Positions 43,520 through 54,395 of a DNA stretch of 64,000 bases are shown here, piece after piece. Under the pieces are notes generated by a model. That model saw only the letters and a program-made list of their open reading frames with translations, was not told the origin of the DNA and did not search any database. The stretch spans positions 2,240,001 to 2,304,000 of the forward strand of contig CP000071.1 in assembly GCA_000002445.1 (NCBI GenBank), given 5' to 3'. Numbering within the stretch: position 1 is the stretch's first letter; each line of letters starts with the position of its first letter. This DNA is from Trypanosoma brucei (lineage: Eukaryota). The translations under genes and the position numbers were made by a program.

Positions 43520-46146
43520 TTTCTTGTGCTTTCATCTTTGTGTTTTTCTTTTTTTTCTTTTTCTTTTCCTTTTGGTGTAGCGTCTTTCTACCCAATGTAC
43601 GTATTTATCTATGTGTTTGTGTGTGTGAGAAAATGGATGGTTGCTATAAGACAGTCGCATTCATCCTTGTGTGTGGTTTGAGACTGTTTCTTTACCTTTC
43701 CATTGCCACTGTACTACTAGGTGATTCCGTTTTTTTTCGTTTTTTTCTTTTGTTTGCTGCGTGCACTGCTGGAAGGTGTGTTTGTGTTTTTTTTTTTATG
43801 TGGGGAGTAAAGAACGGTTAAACAGAAAAAAATTAACTGTTTGATTATGTATTTGGCCCTTTACGGTATATATAGTTTGTTGTTTCACACTTTTACAAGA
43901 TCCCCATTAGGTTTCTTTACCTTCTTTTTTTTCTTTCTTTTAGATTGTGTCCTTGGTTTCATTGATATTGGTGGAGTGCGTGATGGAGATTTTTTTTTTT
44001 TTTTAAAGAAGAGAGAAAAACGAAAAGGGAAGCGACGACAGAAACGGCGACATGGAAGAAATGAATAAGTGAGACAGCGAGAAAGCGAGAAAGCGAAATA
44101 TAAAGAGAGAGAGAGCGAGCGAGGACGATAAGATGGATGTGACGCTCACACGTTTACTTATATGAATCAATTAGTTTATTCACCACCCACTTTTGCTGAA
44201 TGAAACCCATAAAATATTTTATATTTATCTTCTGTATTTGTGTACGCATGTCAACAGACTTTTAGATTTCAATATTGCGTATCAGGGGGTATGAAGAAAG
44301 GAGCGAAGGGAAATGTTATGATGCGTTAACTCTTTTTCTTTCCTTTTTCCTTCTTTTTCCTTCTTTTCTTTCTTTAATTCCTTCTCTCTTCAGAAGCGCA
44401 GGGGTTTCCTTTTTTTTCTTTTGCTTGGGCGACCTTTCTTTCGTATAAATATAAATAAATAAATAAATAAATATATATATATATATATATATTAGTTTGG
44501 GATTTTCGTTTGAAGTGTTTCCCATTTTTTTCTTTCTTTTCCTTTTCATCCTCGTTGCGTGTATAAATTTAAGCACGTTTTTCTTTTTTTTAAAAAAGTT
44601 GTGGATGTACTCATGTATTTTTCTTTTTGCAAGCACGTGTGGGTGCCCGCATGTGTTTGTGTGTTTTATAAAAAAGAAAAAAAAATAAGCGGTGGAAAAT
44701 AAAGCAATGAAAAGAGTCCGGGGGGGGGGGTGGCACATGGGAAGAGGGAGATAAACGTATGAGTTTTTTTAATTTTTCTAAAAACAAAAACAAAAAAAAA
44801 TAACATCATTCGAATTAAAAAGCAAAAAAAAAAAGGAAAAGCATCGAAAAGCAAAATGTGATGGTGAATTGTTTCGTTTTGTTTTATTTCATGCGGCGTT
44901 GTTGTTGGGAAAATAAAGTAAAGTGAGTGAATAAAACGAGGGACGGAATGGTGTGTGGGTGTAGAATTCGATTCCCCTTCCATTTGAACACCTCTTTTTT
45001 CTTTTCTTTTCTTTTGCAAAAAAATTTTCTCCCGTTTCCTGTCCGTCCGTCCATTTTAACATACATATGCAAAAGGAGGAAGGAAAACAAAAAACAAAAA
45101 CAAAAAGAAAACAAATAAATGTACAACTAGTTATATCGTCTTTTATTTTCCCGTGGTCTTGGGGAAATGGGAACAGTTTCAGTGCATGCATAAATAAACT
45201 TTTGCGTTGCTCCTATCGCTTTTTCATCATCTGCACGTCCTGTTAATATCATCATTGTAACCGTCACCACTGTTACTTATATTTATTATTATTATGACTG
45301 TTAAATATGTTATTACAATTAATATTATTTTCTCTGTTATTGGATTTTACAGGTGTTTTTTTATTCATCTTGTTTTTCTCCCTCTTTACTCCCTTTTCTT
45401 TTCCCACTTTTCTTTGGTTTACATTTTTGACAAACATAATTACATCAGTTGCATGGTAAGAATGAAGATTACAAAGTTTAGCATAGTACGAATATTCGCT
45501 TTAGAGAAAGGAAAGGAAAGAAGAAAGAAAAAAACACTTTAAATTCAACTGAAAGCAACGGCACAACACTATTTTAGTGATAAGAGGACTTCACACACAT
45601 ATCTGAAGGGTAATTTGTCTCAATTTCCCTCAAAGTATAACATAAACTAAAGGAACAGTTGCATATAGTACATGTGTACAAATGTCAGATAAGAAATCTG
45701 TGCTGCACAGATGATGAGGCCAAAGAGGAGAGATCTGTGAAGATGGTGCAGAGGAACATTCAACCAGTTAAGTGTTGTCGGATGAAAAGAACGAATAAAA
45801 CGGGGGTCCGCACAACCGTTTCTTTTTTTTTTTCTTTTCTTCTTTTGTGTATCATTTCTCTTAAATTTCTCGTATTTCCTCTGCGCATTCCACTATATCG
45901 AAAAAGAAAGAATAAAGGAAGTGTTTATGTTAATGTATATATATTTATTTATACGTGCATATGCAAATCTACCGTGAAAATAGATTTTATAACTATCTGT
46001 TTTTTTTTTTTTACCACACTTATGTAGTTTAGGGAAGGAAAGACAAACACCGTGTGAGAAGAGGAGATAAAAGAGGGGGACGCAAAAGAACGACAACAAA
46101 AACAACATACACACACAAAACAAAAAGCGAAACAAGAAAAGAGGAT

Positions 46147-46222
46147 CATTATCATCATCATTATTACTATCATCATCATCATTATTACTATCATCATCAT
46201 CATTATTATTATTATTACTATT
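46147..46222. repeat. Complex (CATCATCATCATTATTACTAT)n-like repeat just upstream of the CDS at 46234
   Basis: The run catcatcattattactatcatcatcatcattattactatcatcatcatcattattattattacta is read directly from the sequence. Confidence 0.85.
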
Positions 46223-46233
46223 CTTTTGCCTAA

Positions 46234-48756
46234 ATGACGACGAAGTCAGCCGTGCGAAAGGCGAGACGGTCGGCAACCCCACGTGCATTTCCATCAACAT
46301 TGTCACGCCATGACAAAACCGTGAAGAAGTTGCCGGCACCGCTGCAGTGTGCGGCACTGATGTTGGAAGAGCCCGCATCCGACCCTTCAACGCCTGTAGA
46401 ACATAAGGCCATTTCCGTCCCACCTCCACCACCACCGAACTGCGATCCCACAAAAATGATAATTTCTGATCGAAGTTTTGTCGACAGTAAATGTAATGAT
46501 TTCTCTGCTGGTAAAGTTACCGGTGTGGATATCAGTTGTGGCGTTGTGCCCATACATGTGGATGATGTTGTCGCCTACGAGTACATTGATAACTGCCGGC
46601 GCTGGCGGTGGGGGTTGGCAACGGTTGTTGCTCTCCCTGCACCATGGGTTGTGCAACTACTGCTATGGCGCAGCGACGGAGAGTTACTATTGCCATCATC
46701 AAGGTATTGTAACGGTCAACACAGCAGTCATGCACACAATTTGGCAAGTGATTATACGGCAGATGTTGGGATTAAGAGTTGTCATTTGCCGGACTCAATT
46801 TCCAAACATCGGAGGCAGTTACTGATGCACCAACTCGAGCGGCTGAAGGAGGAGCGTGATTACGTGCAAGAGGCAATGGATGGGTTGGTTAGACGTCTTG
46901 CTGTCCATCGTTTAACTTACAGAACCCAACGTCAGAGAGTGCAGGACGCAGCGACGGCAGCGGAGCATTTGTTAGCTGAGGCCCAAGCGCGGGTGAAATC
47001 CATTAACCAGCGGGACTGGCGGGAGATTCGTTGCTATCGTAACCCACCAGCGATTGTGCGACTCGTGGTGGAAGCCGTTTTCGCGGTGTTGGGTGAACAC
47101 GACTGCGGGAAGTGGCGATGGTCCCGATTGCAAAAGGCGATGCGCAGAAGTAGCTTCCTCCATGCTGTGGAGCGATTCAAGCCTTGCCATTTGAGCGAGT
47201 CCGCGAAGCAACACATACGCAAGAAGTTCATGGAAGATTCCCGCTTCACATACGAGGCTGCGGTGAAGGGAAGCCAAGCATTGGGTTATCTTGAGCAATG
47301 GGTTGTCGTACAAGTGGAAAGCGCGGCTGCGAAGGAGGGCCTCGCCGCATATGATGAAGCCCACGGTAAAGAGCGTGGTGCTATAGTCATGTTGGAGGGG
47401 GAGGTGAACGCGCTGCGGGATAAACTGGACCAGTACATGAAAGAGGAAGAAAATATTCAAACAGCCCTCCACAGGGTAACAGGAGAGTTTCCGAACAACT
47501 TCAGCGAAGTTGGTGACGGTGACGACACCACCAGTTCTGCTGTCGACGCGGGCTTTGGTGTTACTGATGGCTGGGATGGGTGTGGGTGTGGGTGTGGCGA
47601 TGTGAACGGTGGGAGTGCGTTAAACTGTGACGACTGCAGCGGATGTTTTATCAACTGTGACAATGTGAGGGTAATGGAAGGAACTCCCCGTGACGTTGTC
47701 TCCGCATCCGTTGCCATTGATATCTGCAAAGGTCACATTGTCAACAACATCAACTCAGCCTTACGTGAAGATGCCGGTTGCGTTCAGGAGGCCGGTGCAG
47801 TATGGACAGGTACTGAAGAGCTATTGCTCGTCTTGCGAACCACTATTCTTTGCAACTTCAATCGAGCAGAGCAGACTATAATTCACCTTACGCACGAGCA
47901 AATGAGCGCACTTGGAGAGGCGCTGCGTCGGCGTGGTCATAGCCTGATAAATAATTCCTGGGAGGTTGACCGGCGGGCCGGGGAAATGGAGAGGGATCTG
48001 CAAGATGCGCTGGAGGAACTCCGTGGACATCATGGTCGGACATTACACGACCTTCGGCAACTAGAAATTGAGAATTATGAACTCACAAGGAAGCTTGAGC
48101 GGCGTGAGCAGGAGTTGGATAAACTCAACCGGGCAATACAAGATGGCATTGGTTTGTTCTGTACTCCACGCGGATCACAACTTGGCTCGACACGCGGGAC
48201 CCCTCGGAGTTATGAAATGGATGGCAGGATGAGTACCACTGGGAATGGATCAAACGTTTCCAATCGTTCACGTCGATGGAACTCGTCAACTCACTTTTTG
48301 TCCACTGCTGTCAGCTGCGCTGACGAGTCGCAGAGTAACCGGTTGAGCCCGGTGGATCAACGGGACGCCTCGAAAGCAACGGCTTCGACGACATCATCAC
48401 GCCCGCTTCCCACCGCCGCCTACGTGCAGTTGTTGGAGGATGATTTGCGGTTCGTGCAGGAGGAGCTGCAGCGCAGTAAAGATGAACTCAACAATTTCCG
48501 TAAGATGGTGACACCTGGTTATTATACTTCCACCGCGTTATGGTTAGACCGAGAGAGTGTGATGGAGGTTCAGGCAAAGAAGATTGCAGCACTTGTGGAA
48601 GCACTCGCGCACAGTGATGAGGGGCGACGGCATGTTGAGGAACGCATGATGACTGAGCACCGCCAACTGATGGCTCGCATGGAGGCGTTGCAGCGGGATA
48701 TGGAGCAACAGAGAGGAGCCGGTAAAAACTCTCTTCCCATTCCCCAAAATGTGTGA
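46234..48756 (+). CDS. Coiled-coil protein (840 aa) containing a block resembling the dynein heavy-chain stalk entry segment. Paralogue of the CDS at 50844.
   Basis: ATG-initiated 2.5 kb ORF. AEAQARVKSINQRDWREIRCYRNPPAIVRLVVEAVFAVLGE...WRWSRLQKAMRRSSFLHAVERFKP...SESAKQHIRKKFMEDSRFTYEAAVKGSQALGYLEQWVV resembles the dynein stalk start ...L..LKKADITEIKS.K.PP..VKLVMEAVCIL.G...W..AKKLL.D.NFL.SL..YDKDNI......KIRK.Y..NPEF.PE.I.K.S.AA.GLCKWV. It is flanked by long heptad regions. Confidence 0.8.
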   Translation: MTTKSAVRKARRSATPRAFPSTLSRHDKTVKKLPAPLQCAALMLEEPASDPSTPVEHKAISVPPPPPPNCDPTKMIISDRSFVDSKCNDFSAGKVTGVDISCGVVPIHVDDVVAYEYIDNCRRWRWGLATVVALPAPWVVQLLLWRSDGELLLPSSRYCNGQHSSHAHNLASDYTADVGIKSCHLPDSISKHRRQLLMHQLERLKEERDYVQEAMDGLVRRLAVHRLTYRTQRQRVQDAATAAEHLLAEAQARVKSINQRDWREIRCYRNPPAIVRLVVEAVFAVLGEHDCGKWRWSRLQKAMRRSSFLHAVERFKPCHLSESAKQHIRKKFMEDSRFTYEAAVKGSQALGYLEQWVVVQVESAAAKEGLAAYDEAHGKERGAIVMLEGEVNALRDKLDQYMKEEENIQTALHRVTGEFPNNFSEVGDGDDTTSSAVDAGFGVTDGWDGCGCGCGDVNGGSALNCDDCSGCFINCDNVRVMEGTPRDVVSASVAIDICKGHIVNNINSALREDAGCVQEAGAVWTGTEELLLVLRTTILCNFNRAEQTIIHLTHEQMSALGEALRRRGHSLINNSWEVDRRAGEMERDLQDALEELRGHHGRTLHDLRQLEIENYELTRKLERREQELDKLNRAIQDGIGLFCTPRGSQLGSTRGTPRSYEMDGRMSTTGNGSNVSNRSRRWNSSTHFLSTAVSCADESQSNRLSPVDQRDASKATASTTSSRPLPTAAYVQLLEDDLRFVQEELQRSKDELNNFRKMVTPGYYTSTALWLDRESVMEVQAKKIAALVEALAHSDEGRRHVEERMMTEHRQLMARMEALQRDMEQQRGAGKNSLPIPQNV

Positions 48757-49154
48757 CCGCATCAAACGGTGAAACGGGGTTGAAACCAGCAGCAATGGAA
48801 GGGAAGTTCCATATACTCTGGAGGTTTATAGTTGATATCCTTGTGTGTACAAAAGCTGACAAAATTGAAGGAAGGGGGAAAGATGTAAAAAGAAAAAAAA
48901 AAGGAAAAGAAGGGAGCTCATAATTCTGTTGCATGCGTTTTTGCAGCTGCATGACTCGGTGGCAGGAATAACGTCACAAATTATGTTACGGGAGTGGGAG
49001 GCGGCCACGACAGAAACCGTAAGTTGCCGACACACATTCACACATTTAGTGGTCACGTGTGTCCGCGCGGCTGTTCCTTCCTTCCTTCCTTTCCTTTCTT
49101 TTCTCTTTTTTGTTTTTCCTTCCCCATTGGTGGTCTCATTCTTTTTTACTTTTC

Positions 49155-49186
<32 letters not shown>

Positions 49187-50843
49187 TTATTTATTTTTTT
49201 GTTTTTGTCTTTTCATCATTCTATCGTGAACAGTTCCATAAGCAAACCAGCAGAGTGAAGTTCTTTTTTTTTTTTCTGTGGGAGTACATTGCCAGTGAGC
49301 TTGCGCGTGTAGGGGGAGGAGGGGGGCGCTATGAGCCGTACGACATCTGTGGAAATACCGCTTGAGGAATAACATATGCTCACGTGTACGCATGTGTGGG
49401 ATTCATTGAAGACAATTCTAATGTTTCTTTCACTTTTTTTTTCTTCTTTCTTTCTTTCTCAGAAAATTCTTTTTAGACCCTCCATTTTTGTTTTGTTTTG
49501 TTTTTACCTACCTACCTACCTACATACCGCTTCGCGCACGTATTCATATAACATTTGCCGTGTCGTTGATGTTTTGATTTCTTAACCCTTTTCATAGTTA
49601 ACACCATTGTTATTGTTATTGTTATTATTATTTATTTTTATTTTTTTGACGCTCTTACTGTTGTTATTGCTGACTTTGCCTGTGGTTCTGTTGCCACCGC
49701 TCCTTTTCCTTAATATTTTTTTTTCCTCTTGTTTTTGAATCCACCGTTTAACATCAGTGTACAGGTGGAGAGGTGCGAAGGGGCCTTCTGTTACATTTCC
49801 CCACTTTTTTTTTCCCGTTTCAAAGCATGGTGGATGTAACAGGTTCCTTCTTACATCTTCTTTTTTTTTTTTGAGAAAAAACAATCAACTAAACAAGTTA
49901 AATTGTAATAATGATAATAATAATAATAGTAACAATAATATTTATTTATTTTCCCCCTTTTCCCCTTTCCTCCCCCTCTTGTATTATTTTGCGCGTTTCA
50001 TGCGTTTGCTTAACTTTCATTGAAGGGGAATTTCTGCACATCTGCGGAGGTGGGTCAGTGAATAGTTAATTAGATATTTCAAAGGGAAACTACGGGAAAT
50101 AAGCGAATGAACCAAAGAAAGAAAAAGAAGGGGAAAAGGTGAGGGGGAGGGAGCAGTGGTAAAATAATAATAATAATAATATATGTACTTAATAAAAGGC
50201 AATGAGAAAGCGGAATCATGTCTGATATTCATTTGGGAAAGAAGGTGCGCGTGCATGTGTGCGTATAAATATTAATCTAAATAATAATGATGATAATAAT
50301 GATAATAATTGTTATTAATGTCATTTTTTTTATGCTTTACTTCAGTGTATCGTCCCCACATCATTAATAGTAACAAATTATCACCGTTGTATTTGCTATT
50401 TTTTTTTTAAACTTAAAGCAGCTGAAGCACGATGCCGGTCTTACGGTAAAACTGTACATGCTATATTTTTAAGAAACGAAGAGAGAGAGAGAGAGAAAAA
50501 AAAGTATTTTGCCTTCAATTGTTGTTTTCTGCGACATGTCTGCGCAAGGAGCATGTTCCATTTGTTCATGTAGCATCTCAATTACTCTTCTTATAGTAGT
50601 TGGGTTCGGTTACCTCTTCATTCGCATTACTTCTTTCTGCAACTCATGACATAATGATCATCATCAGTTCAATCTGGTAATTCATATTATTAACATTATT
50701 GTTTCCACTCTATTCCTCATGTTTTCTTCAAGCTTTCCGGGAATCGGATTAAAACCAGGGAAAGACGTGACTTACCTTGGGTGTGCGTGTGTGTGTGTGC
50801 GTTTGTGTTTGTGTGTTTGTGGGTAGTGCTTAGTGAATTTAAT

Positions 50844-53810
50844 ATGAATCGCTTCCAACGGAGTGACGAAACGCTTTCATCATCTGCGAGCGGGCAAAGA
50901 GCTCGACGGTCAACTACAGGGGGTCTCGAGAACAGCATCAGCATCAGCTACGGCACGGATATCACCAGAAGCACAAGTAGCAAAGCAATCAGAAGAAGAA
51001 GAAGTAATCTCACCGTTCCCAGTGGGACTGGTCATTTTAGCTGCACCCGAACCCGGATTCCTAATAATACTTGTTTAAGGAGAAGCAGCTTTCCATCGGG
51101 TAATACACCCCTACGGGCTGACCGAACACCGAGTCCGAAAAGTCTCAAGCGGCAGAAGGTGCGGCTCCACGTAGTTAAGCCTCTGCTGCAAAGCAGCCAT
51201 AACACCCGTTTGATTGTAAATGATAGCGTTTGTACTGGTACTGATACTAAGGCCAATGGTGACAGCGATACGAAGTGTGATGTTAACGATATCAGTTTAT
51301 GCAGCACTAGTGTTGTTGATGCACCGCCAATAGGGCCAGAGGAGGGGACCGCTTACCAACAGCAGGAAAATCTTACGCTGAATGATGTGGAGGAGTTACG
51401 CCGCCGCCGAGAACAACTACGGTACGGCGTTGACACATCACTTGCGCGCATTGCAGAATTGAAACTGTTAACGCAGGCGTTCCGTTTAGATCAAAGAGGC
51501 ACCGATGGCGGGGACGGTGAAGCTCTCAACGCTGCATCCAGTGCTGAGATCAGTAACAGTGCCCTCCTTAATAGCACGGAAAATGAGGCCAGTGTAACTT
51601 CGAAGAGTCTGGCAATTGAGGGAGAGGAATGGGGTAGAGAGGAGGATACCCTATTACTACTAAAAGTTGCTGAGGAGGAGTATGAAGAGCTTAGATTGCA
51701 ACTGACTTTGGCGTGCGCTTCCCTTTCTGCTGTCCCACAAACCTTGTGGACTGACATTCGGAGGTTTCGCCAGCCACCCCCTGCTGTGGCTGCCGTTGTT
51801 GATGCCGTCTTGATACTTTTAGGCCTCCCACAAAGCAGACACCGACGGCTGGGGCTTGGAAATGGGGGATGGCCCAACTTTCCTCAGCAGCTTATACAGT
51901 GTGACCCGCTGGCCACTTATCAAAAAATAATGGGTATTGCTGATTGTGAGTCGTGGATGAATGGCGTTTCGCGTATGGGTGAGCTTGAACATTTTTTGTG
52001 CCACTGGACTCATCTCCGCGTCTCACGTGTGCACCCGACTTTGGGTCCACTGCACCAGTGGGTTAAGACAATGGTTGACGCCAGCCGGGCAGCCGGAAGG
52101 TTGGAGGCTCTTAGAGATGCATCAAGCGCTAAACAAATTGCAACTGTAGCCGGCAGAGGGATACTGCTGCGTGAGCTGGAGGAAAATGAGGAGTACGTTC
52201 AGCTTGCGCAGGAGGAGATAGCCGCTATCGACGCATTGGTTGCGGATGTAGTTGCATTCGGTGTGGCGGGTCCAGCTATTAGTTCGGGTGCTGCCGTCTC
52301 GGAAGAAAAGAGGAATCTCGCGGAACCGGCCGAGGCTTACGGGGAGCCCTCCGCGCAGAGGTCTGGAGGTCGAGGGCGTGCAGGGAAGGGGGTGAGTTGG
52401 AGTGCAGAGGTGTCCAATGCCAATTCTCTTCCTCTTGTTTCTGGGACAGAGCAACGGGTTACTACGGCAGGGACGGGGCGGAGGAGGAAAGATATTGTCA
52501 TCCCTGCTCTCAACTTTGCCGATTGCTTGCCTTCGTTCCCTCATGCGGAGCAGGGGCCGCTGTCGTTGCGTGAGCGATTTGAGAGGATTCGTACGTCTTC
52601 GTTATGCCATAGTCCTCGGGCTGGTCCCATCAGCCATGTTGAAGGTAGTCCCTCACGTGGTAATTTCGGTAGCGTAACGGAGATTGCAAATTCCATTGGA
52701 AATGTGAGTTTCCTGACCACCGCCCGTGCGCTTCGTGATAGAGAGAACCTACTGATGCGCGTCCACCAGCTGGAAGAACAGTTGAATGAAATTTGCGGCA
52801 GCAAGCCAAAAGAAGTGGAACTCGTTCTGTTGCGTGACGAGCTGGCTGCAGCACAGGAAGAGATTAGCAGGCTGCGGGCAGAGCGGGATGAGCTTGAACA
52901 GCGGGCTAAGCGTCGTGACACCTATTACAAACCTTCCTCTCCACGAGGGGGGTGCATTAAGGGGTTGGATGAAGAACTAGCCGGCGCGGATGAGATTTCA
53001 TCGGCGGGCGCGTCGAAGGAGAAAGCTGCGGATGGTTCAGGGGATGCCATGACGGTAATGATGCTGGAACAACAGTTGTTGACCGCTCATGCCCGCATAC
53101 AACACCTAGAGGCTACTGTTGTAGGGCTGACTTCAGATGAAGGCACGCAATGCACATCGGTAAGTGGTAGTGGCAATGACTCACCGGAGGCTCCATATGA
53201 CAATTCCAATCGACCTTCAGCTTTCGCCGCATCTGGCCTCGGTATCACCATTGCTGGCGGCCCGGGGGAGGTACCGTTTCTTCAGCGCCGCATAGATGAA
53301 ATGCAACGAATTTTGGAGATGCAAGAGCGTGCTGTCAATGATGCGGAGGAGAGGCTCAATAATGAAATGCACGCTAAGAATGAGGCATACGAGCAGGTGC
53401 GTCAGCTACAGGCAGAGCTCCGCAGCGTATGGCAGCAACTGGAGAACAGCGAGTATCAACTTAAGGTAGCAATGGAGGGCTCGCGCTGTTATTACTGCCG
53501 TGCGGATTTGGATGACCGCGATGCGGGGCATGGTGGTGAAGACATGCGACAACAGCGACGGCGTGAGGCGGTTTGTCAGGAGGAAATCGAGCGCCTTCGC
53601 ATGCAGCTGCGTGACCAAAAACAACGCAGTGTAGAGGAAAGGCGGCGACGACTTGAACTCCGTAAGGTTCGCAGCGCGCTTTTGCTCAAGTTGGAGAATA
53701 CCTTCACTGAGGCCCTGCGGTTGCAAGAGAACGGATCGGAGCGGGCGGCTGCGATATTACAGCCCACCCGTACAGACATGGGTGATAATGTGAACTCGCA
53801 GGAACTTTAG
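50844..53810 (+). CDS. Coiled-coil protein (about 988 aa) with the same dynein-stalk-like block. Paralogue of the CDS at 46234.
   Basis: The track ORF starts at GTG in a GT-rich repeat (50781). The first ATG at 50844 gives MNRFQRSDE... Block LWTDIRRFRQPPPAVAAVVDAVLILLGL...W....LIQCDPLATYQKI...LHQWVKTMVDASR aligns with the CDS at 46234 (EIRCYRNPPAIVRLVVEAVFAVLGE). It is extensively coiled-coil, e.g. LLRDELAAAQEEISRLRAERDELEQRAKRRD. Confidence 0.8.
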   Translation: MNRFQRSDETLSSSASGQRARRSTTGGLENSISISYGTDITRSTSSKAIRRRRSNLTVPSGTGHFSCTRTRIPNNTCLRRSSFPSGNTPLRADRTPSPKSLKRQKVRLHVVKPLLQSSHNTRLIVNDSVCTGTDTKANGDSDTKCDVNDISLCSTSVVDAPPIGPEEGTAYQQQENLTLNDVEELRRRREQLRYGVDTSLARIAELKLLTQAFRLDQRGTDGGDGEALNAASSAEISNSALLNSTENEASVTSKSLAIEGEEWGREEDTLLLLKVAEEEYEELRLQLTLACASLSAVPQTLWTDIRRFRQPPPAVAAVVDAVLILLGLPQSRHRRLGLGNGGWPNFPQQLIQCDPLATYQKIMGIADCESWMNGVSRMGELEHFLCHWTHLRVSRVHPTLGPLHQWVKTMVDASRAAGRLEALRDASSAKQIATVAGRGILLRELEENEEYVQLAQEEIAAIDALVADVVAFGVAGPAISSGAAVSEEKRNLAEPAEAYGEPSAQRSGGRGRAGKGVSWSAEVSNANSLPLVSGTEQRVTTAGTGRRRKDIVIPALNFADCLPSFPHAEQGPLSLRERFERIRTSSLCHSPRAGPISHVEGSPSRGNFGSVTEIANSIGNVSFLTTARALRDRENLLMRVHQLEEQLNEICGSKPKEVELVLLRDELAAAQEEISRLRAERDELEQRAKRRDTYYKPSSPRGGCIKGLDEELAGADEISSAGASKEKAADGSGDAMTVMMLEQQLLTAHARIQHLEATVVGLTSDEGTQCTSVSGSGNDSPEAPYDNSNRPSAFAASGLGITIAGGPGEVPFLQRRIDEMQRILEMQERAVNDAEERLNNEMHAKNEAYEQVRQLQAELRSVWQQLENSEYQLKVAMEGSRCYYCRADLDDRDAGHGGEDMRQQRRREAVCQEEIERLRMQLRDQKQRSVEERRRRLELRKVRSALLLKLENTFTEALRLQENGSERAAAILQPTRTDMGDNVNSQEL

Positions 53811-54350
53811 AGTAAAATTCAAAAAAAAAAGCAACTAGAAGTAGCCTTAACAGTAAGAGAAAATGAGGAACAGAGAGAGCAAGAGAAAGTTTCCTTTTTT
53901 TTTAAAGAAAAAAGAGGAAAGGAAAGAGGCGCATGAATAAGTAAGTTAGGTTGGGGAGGATTCATGTCAGGTGAATAGCGCAGCGGGCATGTATATATAA
54001 ATATATATATATATATACATATATGCATGTGTGCACATCCCGTAGCGTCATTGGTACCAGTGGGAACGAATTACATTATTGAAGGATCAGGTGCCCCTAA
54101 GTAGCCGAGGGGACGTGTCGCAAATGTGCTTAAGGTACTTCATTCCCATTTTGTTTTGTTTTTATGTTTTTTTTTATTTTCCCCTTTTTGTTTAATTTCT
54201 AACACCTCTCTTCAATCCTTTTCTGCCTACAGTGGATATGAGGTAATAATAACCTTGTTTGTGGAGGAGGGAATTTATACGCCGTATCGACTGTAGGCGC
54301 TGTGCAACGGTAAAAAATAAAAAAACAAAAAAAAACAAAAAGGACGTGCA

Positions 54351-54395
54351 TGTTTGTGTGTTTGTACCCGTGTGTGTGTGTGTGTGTTTGTGTTG
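54351..54395. repeat. (GT)n / GTTT-interrupted repeat
   Basis: The run gtgtgtttgtacccgtgtgtgtgtgtgtgtgtttgtgttgg is read directly from the sequence. Confidence 0.85.
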
